DNA from: Candidatus Harpocratesius repetitus
GTDB lineage: Archaea > Asgardarchaeota > Lokiarchaeia > Sigyniarchaeales > Promethearchaeaceae
DNA: 32,000 nucleotides
Assembly: GCA_021498095.1 (NCBI GenBank)
Contig: JAIZWK010000001.1
Span: forward strand, 2,220,001 to 2,252,000
Direction of reading: 5' to 3'
The translations under genes were made by a program, and so were the position numbers. This document shows, piece by piece, positions 9,849 through 18,751 of this stretch. Each line of letters opens with the position of its first letter. Position 1 is the stretch's first letter. The notes below the pieces were generated by a model that had not been told where the DNA came from, made no database searches, and saw nothing but the letters and a program-made list of their open reading frames with translations.

Positions 9849-10244
9849 TTATTTTCCACCAATAAAAACTTCTGTAATAAATTAATTATTATTAAATAAT
9901 AGTACATTGCATTTCAGAAAAAATTCACCTTTTTTGATAATAACTATAACTTTACATATGATTTTTTTTGTATTATCTAAATAGTATTTCTGGAATATAC
10001 AATTTCTAAAAAAGAACAGCATAATATTTTAAGCATATGAAGTTCGATTCACGAAAAAGGATATAATCTTGAAAACACACCGTGCGATCTATTATGAAAT
10101 ATTAGATCTCCATAATATATTGTTGTGCTAGTTGAACAAAGAAAGATAATGATGACATTCTGCTTAATATACATATTCAAATAAAGAATCTATTCTTCAA
10201 AAAATAATGTTATCAAAAAGAAAAATTTAAAAAATAGATAGAAA

Positions 10245-10316
10245 TTTGTATTTGGTCAATATCTTCTTCTTAGTTACTATTTTGTATTTGGTCAATATCT
10301 TCTTCTTAGTTACTAT
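10245..10316. repeat. Perfect 36-bp tandem duplication (2 copies)
   Basis: TTTGTATTTGGTCAATATCTTCTTCTTAGTTACTAT at 10245-10280 and 10281-10316. Confidence 0.95.
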
Positions 10317-11182
10317 TTTTTTGTCTGTTTTGTCGATTTTTTCTTTGTTTGCCTGGTTGATTTTTTCTTTGTTTGCTTAGTTGATTTTTTCTTTGTTTGC
10401 TTAGTTGATTTTTTCTTTGTTTGCTTAGTTGATTTTTTCTTTGTTTGCTTAGTTGATTTTTTCTTTGTTTGCTTAGGTTGATTTTTGTTTATTTGGGATT
10501 CATCCTTCTTTTTCGTTGGTTTAGAAATCTCTCTCTTCTTTTCTTGTAATTCTTTCTTCTCTTCTTGATTAACGTCTTGTTGCGAAATTTTGAAACGATC
10601 AACTCTCCAATGTGGTTTTACTGGGCCTAGGAAGAGAATCAATAAAACAGCAATAAAAACTGGCAATCCACCCCAAAAATATAAACCAATTGTGATTCCT
10701 AATGTAATGACTAAAACTTTTGGGAAACGAAATTGACCAATCACTATTGAATCATTTGCTAAAAAATGATATTCTTTTCTTTCAACTTTCGTAATATAAA
10801 GAATAGAATAAAACAAAAGAAGAATAACAGCGCCCGTATTTAAAAGAAAAGTAATAAAATTAAAATACCAGAATTTAAATTGAAATATACGGATAAATGA
10901 CCAAATCCATAATCCAATTCCTAGCAAAAAGGTTACACGCCATATCCATGGCCAGATTAATGTAAATATTCTTTCCATTTTATGCCAGTTTTCAGAACCT
11001 AAAACTAATTTGTTTTCTGAATCTTCTCCAATATCTGCAGATGATTCTTTCTGAGATTGTGATTTATTTGAAGATTTAGAATGATTAACAAGATAATTAC
11101 ATGTAGGGCAAATTTCCTCAACTGTTAACATTGTTCCACAAACAGGGCAATATTGTGTTAAATTAGACAATTTTTTCACCAT
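10313..11182 (-). CDS. Membrane protein with N-terminal zinc ribbon, about four TM helices and a Lys-rich repeat tail
   Basis: CPVC-x9-CPTC, hydrophobic stretches at aa ~75-190, C-terminal (KQTKKKST)n. Confidence 0.75.
   Translation of the reverse strand: MVKKLSNLTQYCPVCGTMLTVEEICPTCNYLVNHSKSSNKSQSQKESSADIGEDSENKLVLGSENWHKMERIFTLIWPWIWRVTFLLGIGLWIWSFIRIFQFKFWYFNFITFLLNTGAVILLLFYSILYITKVERKEYHFLANDSIVIGQFRFPKVLVITLGITIGLYFWGGLPVFIAVLLILFLGPVKPHWRVDRFKISQQDVNQEEKKELQEKKREISKPTKKKDESQINKNQPKQTKKKSTKQTKKKSTKQTKKKSTKQTKKKSTKQTKKKSTRQTKKKSTKQTKK
10316..10474 (-). repeat. 24-bp coding tandem repeat (~6.6 units) encoding KQTKKKST
   Basis: Unit TTGATTTTTTCTTTGTTTGCTTAG on the plus strand. The protein carries 5 identical units, one RQ variant and a partial unit. 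Confidence 0.95.
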
Positions 11183-11292
11183 TAGAACTGTTATTAATTA
11201 TATTCACATAGGTAAATGATAGTTAAATATGTTCTAGTGTTAAATAAATGTTAAATAAATTTTTATGCCATAATCATTTTGATTACTTATTT

Positions 11293-12750
11293 ATGACGGT
11301 TCCTAATCATCTTTCCTTTTTAGACGCTTTCTTTCATTCAAAGTCGGTGGCAGTTTTTGGAGCTTCGACCAATTCACAAAAAAGTGGTTATAAAATTGTA
11401 GAAAACTTAATGAATCATCATTATTTAGGAAAAATTTATCCAATCAATCCTCGAGGTGGTACAATTCTTGGATTACCTTTGTATAAATCTGTTCTTGATG
11501 TCGAGGATTCCATTGATTTAGCAATTATATTCGTCCCAAATGTTCATGTTGTTCAAATTGTAAAAGATTGCATCCAAAAAGGGGTGAAAGGTGCAATAAT
11601 TGAAGCAGCAGGTTTTGGTGAAGTTGGAATTAAGGGAAAAAATCTTCGAGATGAATTAAGAAGAGTAACAGAAAATTTCGCAAAAATTCGGATTTTAGGG
11701 CCAAATTGTACAGGAATTACCGCTGTGGAGGAAGATGGTGTTGGTTTTTTTTCTTCTTTTATACCCATGGCTAAAACCAAAGCTGGTAGTCTGGCTATTG
11801 TTTCACAATCAGGATTTATTAATGGTGCTTATTATCCAGATTTCACAGGAAGAAATCCACAATTAGGTTTAAGATATGTTGTTGCAATTGGAAATAAGCT
11901 AGATATTAATGAAAATCATTTATTAGAGTACTTTCTTTATGATGAAAGTGTATCAACCATCGGAATATATATTGAGTCTTTTAAGGATGTTCGGAAATTT
12001 ATTTCTTTAACTAGACGAGCTCATAAAAATAATAAAGATGTAATTCTTTTACGAAGTGGTTTTTCTCCTATTGGAGCAAAAGCTACAACTTCTCATACCG
12101 GCTCACTCGCTGAAAATTCATCTTTAATTAAAGCTGTTATTTATCAAAGTGGGTGTATTTTAGCGGATGATTTCTGGGAATTATTTCAAATTTGTCGCAC
12201 AATTAGTTTTCTAAAAGACACAAACACAAATTCTATTAAGTTACCTAAAGCTGCAATCATAACTATTTCGGGTGCAGCTGGTGCTATAATCTCAGATTGG
12301 TGCCATAGAAATGAGTTAATCATTCCAGAATTTGATGGTGAGAGATATGCACGATTAAAAGAACTATACCCACCTTGGATGGATCCCAATCCTTTTGCAT
12401 TGATTGATTACTGGCCGGCTGTGGAGCATCTAAAGTCATATGAAAAGGTCGTTATCTCAGCAACTGATATTGCTTTATCAAGTCCTGATATTCAAGTTGT
12501 TTTTTTAACTGTATATTATAATTCAAAATCTTGGGTGGTTGACTGGAATAAATTGAAAACTTTAATTGAAAAACATAAGAAACCAATTTTTGTTTGGATA
12601 TTTGGTGATTACCAAGATATTCTAAAGGCAGAGATGATCTTTCAAAAGATTAAAATACCTGTGTTTAATTCAGAAAAGGAAATTGTCCAGACATTTAGTA
12701 AGATATATAAATCTAGAGAATTCAGAGCTAAGCTTAACAGTAATTTTTAA
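11293..12750 (+). CDS. Acyl-CoA synthetase (NDP-forming) alpha-type subunit with CoA-binding domain
   Basis: SVAVFGAS, YPINPRGG, AAGFGE, GPNCTG, SQSG, GNKLD, SHTGSLA phospho-His motif. No fused ATP-grasp domain. ATG 11293 is preferred. Confidence 0.9.
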   Translation: MTVPNHLSFLDAFFHSKSVAVFGASTNSQKSGYKIVENLMNHHYLGKIYPINPRGGTILGLPLYKSVLDVEDSIDLAIIFVPNVHVVQIVKDCIQKGVKGAIIEAAGFGEVGIKGKNLRDELRRVTENFAKIRILGPNCTGITAVEEDGVGFFSSFIPMAKTKAGSLAIVSQSGFINGAYYPDFTGRNPQLGLRYVVAIGNKLDINENHLLEYFLYDESVSTIGIYIESFKDVRKFISLTRRAHKNNKDVILLRSGFSPIGAKATTSHTGSLAENSSLIKAVIYQSGCILADDFWELFQICRTISFLKDTNTNSIKLPKAAIITISGAAGAIISDWCHRNELIIPEFDGERYARLKELYPPWMDPNPFALIDYWPAVEHLKSYEKVVISATDIALSSPDIQVVFLTVYYNSKSWVVDWNKLKTLIEKHKKPIFVWIFGDYQDILKAEMIFQKIKIPVFNSEKEIVQTFSKIYKSREFRAKLNSNF

Positions 12751-12820
12751 TTTCTTTTTTTTAGAAAATAGAGTAGATATAAAAAAAATCGGCTATTTTT
12801 AATTACGAAGGATCAATTCA

Positions 12821-13162
12821 CTAGCACCTCGGTTTGATTTTTTTCCCCCATATTTCGATTAATTGAAACATTCGTTTAATCTCTAAATTATTCCACTCAT
12901 TAAAGAGAATTTTTGGGCTAAATCGGTGTGGAACAATGGTAATTCCTAAGATTTCGGGTTCATTTGTGATTGTAATATATATCCAAAGTCGCTGTTCTAA
13001 ACCCTCAGGTGGTTTAGGACCAGTTTAATGCACACGAGTCTTAATCCTACTATTAATATTCTCCGCCAGATTATTTGATATAACTCTTGCCACAAATAGT
13101 CTTGTATTTCCATAATAGTATCTGTAACTGCGGAAAGCACATTTTTTGCCAGTTTGAGAATT
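12821..13162 (-). pseudogene. Decayed C-terminal fragment of a probable DDE transposase (not in the ORF track)
   Basis: Minus frame reads ..VISNNLAENINSRIKTRVH*TGPKPPEGLEQRLWIYITITNEPE..KPRC*, with an internal TAA at 13025-13027. NNxxExxNxxIK resembles the catalytic-Glu helix of IS6/IS256-type transposases. Confidence 0.55.
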
Positions 13163-13278
13163 TTATAAAAAAGACAATTTTTGCATATCCCTGCTTTTCA
13201 TTGTCAAAAGCTTTAAAATGGTACACGCTTTGCTTAAAAATTTCAGAATAATTGCCAATAAGTTTTTTTTTGAATTAA

Positions 13279-15103
13279 GAGGATCTAGCAATTTTTATAT
13301 TTTTAAAGATTTTTGATTTTTTAGCTCAAAATTTCTTTGATTTTATCTTTTTATCCTAATTTTATTTTAGTCGGATAGTTTGAAATAATACTTAATGTAA
13401 TATTGAATGAAATGAAGGATAATAGGGATTTTATAGGTAATTTAATTGTTTACATAGAATTGATAAATAATCCATCTATTTTAAAGAAAAACAAATTATA
13501 TTCAGACCAAAAACTTAATTAAAGCCAGTATATAGAATATCATAGATCTCATAGATGGTGCCCGTATGTTTATATTAAAGTATTATAGAAAACCAACTAT
13601 TGTTCAGCATCAAATTTTAGACTACATTGAACCCCCTAAAAAAATTATTTTTGACATGTCAAATCCAGCAGAGTATAGAAGAGGTAGAAAGATACTTTTT
13701 CCTCAAAAACGTCCAAAAAAGCGCGGGCGTAAAAAACTAAGGTTGTTTGGAAGAGCAACATGTCTTTTTGACTATCTTATAAAGGGTAAATCATCAGAAA
13801 TGAGTGTACGTTATTTAATTCGATTTCCTCGCTATTTACGGGCACGTTCTGAAGAAGGAAAAAAATATTTGGATCAAATCGATGCCGTACTATATTGGGA
13901 AGTGCAAAATTTTACAGGATTTTATGATGACCTATTTTTTACGCAAGATCTCTCACATTGGGACAAATGGGAAGTTATTTTAGAAAAACAAGGAATTTTA
14001 CGAAATATTCCATGTTTGCACGATATGTTCATATATGAATGTTTACGCATTCATTTAGGAATTAAGAATTATTCTCAATTTTGGCGAATTCTATCCATTC
14101 TTAATCCAACAGCAATATTTCCCCTTTTAAAATGTCTTAATTTTGTTCCTACTGTGCAAGATTTCTGTGATTTTTATCATAACACACCTTTGGATGTTTT
14201 CAAAGAATATTTCTTCTCTTTGGTGAAGCAGTTGGTTAATCGGAGGATGATTTCCTATCGAATTCTTATATGGGATTGTCAATTTGTACATTCTAATTCA
14301 TCCGATTATAAATCTTCAAAATCACAATATTATTCTGATAAGGACGCAGGGTTAGGTCGACATAACAATAAGTTTTTGGGTGTAGGCTATATGGTATCAA
14401 CTCTCTATGCATATTGTGGTGATATTATTGCTCCTGTATTCTGTTTACACTTTCCTGCAAATGTTAATGATAAAAAAATTTTTTATGAAACTATGAAATA
14501 TTTTTTTAAATGGGCAAAGCAACCTGTAAAACTTGTTTTAGGCGATAGAGGGGCTTATTCATTAAAGAACTTGCAGTTATTAGCTCAACATGGAGCAATT
14601 GGGGTGATTGGAGCTACTAAAAATATAAAAAAGCACAATTTAGTAAAATTAAGTAGTACAATATTAATTAATCGTGATTTTGTTCCTTCTTCATGGTCTA
14701 ATGATGAATTACGTGAACTTTATGGACTAAGAACATGCATTGAACGGCAATTTTCCCATAATATTCTGGTTTATAATGCCAGACGGGTAAATATCAGAGG
14801 AATTGCTGAGGTTGCTAAGCATCGTTATATGATTCTTTGTTTAGATTTGCTTAAAACAATCGCATGCCATAAATTAGGTCGTGGGGATTTATTTCAGCAT
14901 TCCACAGCATTTTCTCAAATGCGAAGCGGATATACAGCACAGATGCTCCGAATGACATTTGATTTACAAGGATATAAATTGTTAGGACATGAAACAACCC
15001 AAAATATTCGACAAAAACAGAAACGGGATAGACACAAACAAAGGGGTAAAAGATAAGCAGAAAATTTCAAAAAATCTTAAAAATGAAATTTGCCTAAAAC
15101 CTC
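13279..15103 (+). mobile_element. Insertion sequence (IS4/IS5-like); ends tentative
   Basis: Contains a DDE transposase. Candidate imperfect terminal inverted repeats are GAGGATCTAGCAATTTT.. and ..AAATTTGCCTAAAACCTC, flanked by TTAA at 13275-13278 and 15104-15107. Confidence 0.5.
13566..15056 (+). CDS. DDE transposase, IS4/IS5 superfamily (DDE_Tnp_1-like)
   Basis: D1 in IWDCQFV, SDKDAGLG..GY motif, D2 in LGDRGAY, E in LYGLRTCIERQF (YxxRxxIExxF); basic N- and C-termini. Confidence 0.85.
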   Translation: MFILKYYRKPTIVQHQILDYIEPPKKIIFDMSNPAEYRRGRKILFPQKRPKKRGRKKLRLFGRATCLFDYLIKGKSSEMSVRYLIRFPRYLRARSEEGKKYLDQIDAVLYWEVQNFTGFYDDLFFTQDLSHWDKWEVILEKQGILRNIPCLHDMFIYECLRIHLGIKNYSQFWRILSILNPTAIFPLLKCLNFVPTVQDFCDFYHNTPLDVFKEYFFSLVKQLVNRRMISYRILIWDCQFVHSNSSDYKSSKSQYYSDKDAGLGRHNNKFLGVGYMVSTLYAYCGDIIAPVFCLHFPANVNDKKIFYETMKYFFKWAKQPVKLVLGDRGAYSLKNLQLLAQHGAIGVIGATKNIKKHNLVKLSSTILINRDFVPSSWSNDELRELYGLRTCIERQFSHNILVYNARRVNIRGIAEVAKHRYMILCLDLLKTIACHKLGRGDLFQHSTAFSQMRSGYTAQMLRMTFDLQGYKLLGHETTQNIRQKQKRDRHKQRGKR

Positions 15104-15390
15104 TTAAAATTTTGAAATAATTTAAAAAATAAAGCTTTTCTTAATTGTTCCTTCATTCTTAAAAATAGTCAAAAAATCTATTTTTGTGATTTTTTTGACA
15201 TTTTTTGCTCAAATAAATATTTAAATAAAATACCCTCCTTAGTAAGTTGAAGTATTGATTGAAACTCACAATTTTATAATTTGCATAAAATTTGTGTAAT
15301 CCTTTTTGATATTTAACTATTAACTGATAAAATATTAAATCAAAATGGAAAATAATAATAATTTTGATCTATAAATCACAAAAATGTTCT

Positions 15391-15470
15391 ATGTAGAATT
15401 AACAAACTTTATATACTTGAATTGACTGTATAGAATTAACAAAGTTTATTATGTAGATTTAACAAACTTA
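15391..15470 (+). promoter_or_regulatory. Three direct repeats TAGAWTTAACAAASTT around a TATA box
   Basis: Cores start at 15394, 15431 and 15454; TTTATATA at 15408-15415; ATG at 15475. Confidence 0.55.
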
Positions 15471-15474
15471 AAAA

Positions 15475-16857
15475 ATGATTTTTATGAAACGGCTTCATTC
15501 GCTTGATATTCTTCGGGGATTCATGATGGCATACATCATCATTCTCCATGCTCTTATCCAAAGAGTTTTTGTCTCAGATCCGGCGGCTTTTGCCACAACG
15601 ATCGATAAGCTCCCTGTTCTGCTTGTTTTAGCCATTTCTCCCTTTATCTTGATTTCATTATGGGGTTCTGTATTTAGTTTTATTACAGGAATTGCCACTG
15701 CTTATCAAATGGGAGGAATAATGCGAGATTCTCCTAATGATCTGGTAAAACAAAATCGATTTCTCAAGAATAGATTTGCTACCAGTATTATGATATATAT
15801 AGTATATGTTTTAAATAATATTTTCTTCTCAACTCGTTCAATTGAGCACGGTTTCCCAACTCAATCATTATTCACAGGTTCACTGGAAAATTTGAGTATT
15901 AAAGCACCAACATTTTTCAGTTTAACTGCAACTAGTACTTTAGAAACAATTGCTCTAACTGGAATTATAATCACTTTAGTATTACGTTCATCTTTAAAGA
16001 AACATCATCGAAATCCTGCACAAGTTATCAAGCGGTTATCAACAATTGCTCTGTTTATTTTTGCTATAAGTGTAATTTTACGGAATATTATTGGTGATCC
16101 ACTACCAATTCAACACCAATTAATTGAAAATGATCAATATTTCCTTTATTTCATATTTATGCGTATATATCCCTCTCGATTTGCCCTCTTTCCTGTGTTA
16201 GGATTTGGATTTATGGGTGCAAGCTTAGGTTTACTTCTTAGTCAAAAAGTATCCTATAAAGAATATGCAAAATATGCATTTGGTTATGCAGGATTGTTCC
16301 TTGGTATATTTGGGTTATATTTGCTTAATGGTTTTAAGATAATTCCACATTTTGCTGAAGAAATGACTCCAATGCCATTACAATTTATGAATATGGGGCT
16401 TCAGATCATTACAATTTCTGTATTGGTTTGGATATTTGACTATTCAAAAGGTCGAAAGCAGCAAAAGCGGTTAAAACGAGTCAAATTTCTAAAAATCTTT
16501 AGTAATTCTTCTCTTTCGATATTTGTTTTTGAACCACTAGTAGCTAGTGGATTGTATCTTGGATATCTTTCCGTTTTCGGTGATTTCTCAAATAACTTTG
16601 CAATTGTTGTCAGTTTTATGATTAATTTAGGCTTCATTTGGTATTTCTTACTCAGGCTATGGAGATATGTTAATAATAAAGGAAGTTGTGAATGGATTGT
16701 TGTAAATGGAAAAAAATGGCTCGTTAAACTACCAATTTTTAATGAATTTTCGATTTTATCTAAACCTAATAAAAACCAACCAAAAATTGAGAATCAGCAG
16801 ATTTTAAAAATTTATATGACTCCATATAATGAAATCCAAGCAATCAATCGACATTAA
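15475..16857 (+). CDS. Polytopic membrane acyltransferase-like protein (DUF1624/HGSNAT-like, acyltransferase-3 clan)
   Basis: N-terminal RLHSLDILRGFMMAYIIILH, about 10 TM segments, FPVLGF motif, C-terminal GSCEW. Confidence 0.7.
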   Translation: MIFMKRLHSLDILRGFMMAYIIILHALIQRVFVSDPAAFATTIDKLPVLLVLAISPFILISLWGSVFSFITGIATAYQMGGIMRDSPNDLVKQNRFLKNRFATSIMIYIVYVLNNIFFSTRSIEHGFPTQSLFTGSLENLSIKAPTFFSLTATSTLETIALTGIIITLVLRSSLKKHHRNPAQVIKRLSTIALFIFAISVILRNIIGDPLPIQHQLIENDQYFLYFIFMRIYPSRFALFPVLGFGFMGASLGLLLSQKVSYKEYAKYAFGYAGLFLGIFGLYLLNGFKIIPHFAEEMTPMPLQFMNMGLQIITISVLVWIFDYSKGRKQQKRLKRVKFLKIFSNSSLSIFVFEPLVASGLYLGYLSVFGDFSNNFAIVVSFMINLGFIWYFLLRLWRYVNNKGSCEWIVVNGKKWLVKLPIFNEFSILSKPNKNQPKIENQQILKIYMTPYNEIQAINRH

Positions 16858-16911
16858 TAGATCGTTAGCTGATTGTTAAAATCTCAATTATTTCATTTTT
16901 TTACCTCTTTC

Positions 16912-17829
16912 TTAATCATCTAGCAAATTTGAATAAAATATTTTAAGTAAATCGCGCAAAACTCCAAGATGTGACAAATAATCCCATTTTTTAAGTATAA
17001 AAGGCATAATTTCTTCTTGTAAAAAATTATACCACATGAGTTTTTCTTCAGGATTTGTGAGAATTTCTTGAATTGATTGAATAAACTGTCGAAATATCAT
17101 ATAATAGACTGCTTTCAATAAAGATTCCTCTAATCCTATTTTAGGATTTGATTGTATAATACTGTGTCCTAAAGAAGAATTAAAAATAATTTTTTCTTCA
17201 GACAAGTTAATTTTTGGAATAAATAACTCCAGTACCTCAAAAGCATTTGTATTAACATAATTTCCATATCTTTCTTTAAGTCGTGGGGAATTACTATGAA
17301 GATCAAATAATAACCGTCTGTATTTTTGGCCGTGAATATGTGTTTCAATAAAATTACATATTTTTAAAATACATTTTTGAAATATACGTAATAAATCAAG
17401 TATTTTTCCTAAATCCATACTTTTATCCGCAATTTTCCATTCTATGCTTAATTCATCTATTACTTCAGCGAAATCTAAAAAAAGATCTAAATCAATTGCT
17501 GTTTGCTCCCAAAATTTTTGGGAAATTTGATATTTTTGAATGAAAATTGTGTCAATAACAGAAAGTCGAGCCCGCATTACATTTGCGTTACTCTTTCGAG
17601 AATCTGCTCCAATTAAAAGTAAATTGTGCTCTGGATCGTTAAAGTAGACCCACTTGAGATCGTGCATATTGATTGATTGAATTCCTCTTTTTTGAATTTC
17701 GATTTCTGAGAAAGAATTCATTGCTGAAAGCAATCCAGAGACTAAAATTGCTTTAAAAGGAATATTATTATATGAATGATAAAAAAGCATCGTGGAAGAA
17801 TCTTTTTTTACAATCCAAACATGTTTCAT
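16912..17829 (-). CDS. Protein with N-terminal longin-like domain and uncharacterised helical C-terminus
   Basis: Beta-hairpin start (HVWIVKKDSSTMLFYHSY), helix LVSGLLSAMNSFSE, three strands, then helix (VMRARLSVIDTIFIQKY): the pattern of Asgard longin domains. Confidence 0.65.
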   Translation of the reverse strand: MKHVWIVKKDSSTMLFYHSYNNIPFKAILVSGLLSAMNSFSEIEIQKRGIQSINMHDLKWVYFNDPEHNLLLIGADSRKSNANVMRARLSVIDTIFIQKYQISQKFWEQTAIDLDLFLDFAEVIDELSIEWKIADKSMDLGKILDLLRIFQKCILKICNFIETHIHGQKYRRLLFDLHSNSPRLKERYGNYVNTNAFEVLELFIPKINLSEEKIIFNSSLGHSIIQSNPKIGLEESLLKAVYYMIFRQFIQSIQEILTNPEEKLMWYNFLQEEIMPFILKKWDYLSHLGVLRDLLKIFYSNLLDD

Positions 17830-18022
17830 TATTCAATCCTCGGTTAAATAATTCTCTTTTAGCAAAGAGAAGAATTTTTTATTTTAACATCTATTACAAA
17901 TTCAACTATATCAATAATATGTATATTTATTGACTTTTTCTTTTAAATGGTGTTGTTTCTATTATCTTTCGAGAAAATTCAGAAATATAGAAGTTTAAAT
18001 TTTTTTATATGAAATAAATAAA

Positions 18023-18751
18023 ATGATATGGGAATTAAATGGAGAGAATTTTGAAACATTAGAATTAAACCATTTTGTAATCTATGACAATCAACAAAAG
18101 ACAAAGATATTAAATATTTTAAAAGCATTAAAACTTCCAGGAATAATCATTAATAATATTTATCTATTGAATATTCCTGATAACCAAAAGGATTTATTTC
18201 TAAACCATTATGAAATTATACAAGAAGAAAATCCTTACCTAATAAATCCATTCAGTTTTGATGATTTCATCTTAGCATATATTGCTGCAGAATTTAATTG
18301 GAGTGTAATTTCATATGATCACCATCTTTTAAGAACAATTCATGACTATTTGGAATTTGAAGCTTTTTATCCAAGTGAAATTGATCAGATGCCTGCAGAT
18401 AGTGTGTTCTTAATTGATTCAAATATACTCTTAACTTATTCAAAAAAAAAAAAGAAATTAAAACAAGAAATAATAGTTATGTTTCAAAATAATCCCAGTA
18501 TGACCTTTTTAATTCCAGAAACAATATTAATGGAAACCTATCGTGTCCATAAATCTCTATCTTTCAGTACACGATTCAATCCTTTAATATATATGGAAAC
18601 AGAGGAGCAACATCTATCTCAATATATTGATAATTTTGAGGGATTTATTTCAAATCATGCACAACGTATTCGAAAGAAGAAATTTCAAAAGAAAATCGAT
18701 TCAAGGAATCATAGAGATCCTCTACATGGGAAATGGGGGAAATATATTTAA
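18023..18751 (+). CDS. PIN-domain-like protein with apparently permuted motif order
   Basis: DDFILAYIA..VISYDHHL..FYPSE precedes FLIDSNILL..IPETILME. Confidence 0.6.
   Translation: MIWELNGENFETLELNHFVIYDNQQKTKILNILKALKLPGIIINNIYLLNIPDNQKDLFLNHYEIIQEENPYLINPFSFDDFILAYIAAEFNWSVISYDHHLLRTIHDYLEFEAFYPSEIDQMPADSVFLIDSNILLTYSKKKKKLKQEIIVMFQNNPSMTFLIPETILMETYRVHKSLSFSTRFNPLIYMETEEQHLSQYIDNFEGFISNHAQRIRKKKFQKKIDSRNHRDPLHGKWGKYI

Noticed and set aside
9980-10000. TTCCAGAAA as an ORB element
   Set aside because: Single partial match with no G-string and no repeated copies.
10042-10050. GTTCGATTC resembling a tRNA T-loop
   Set aside because: The flanks do not form a T-stem or cloverleaf.
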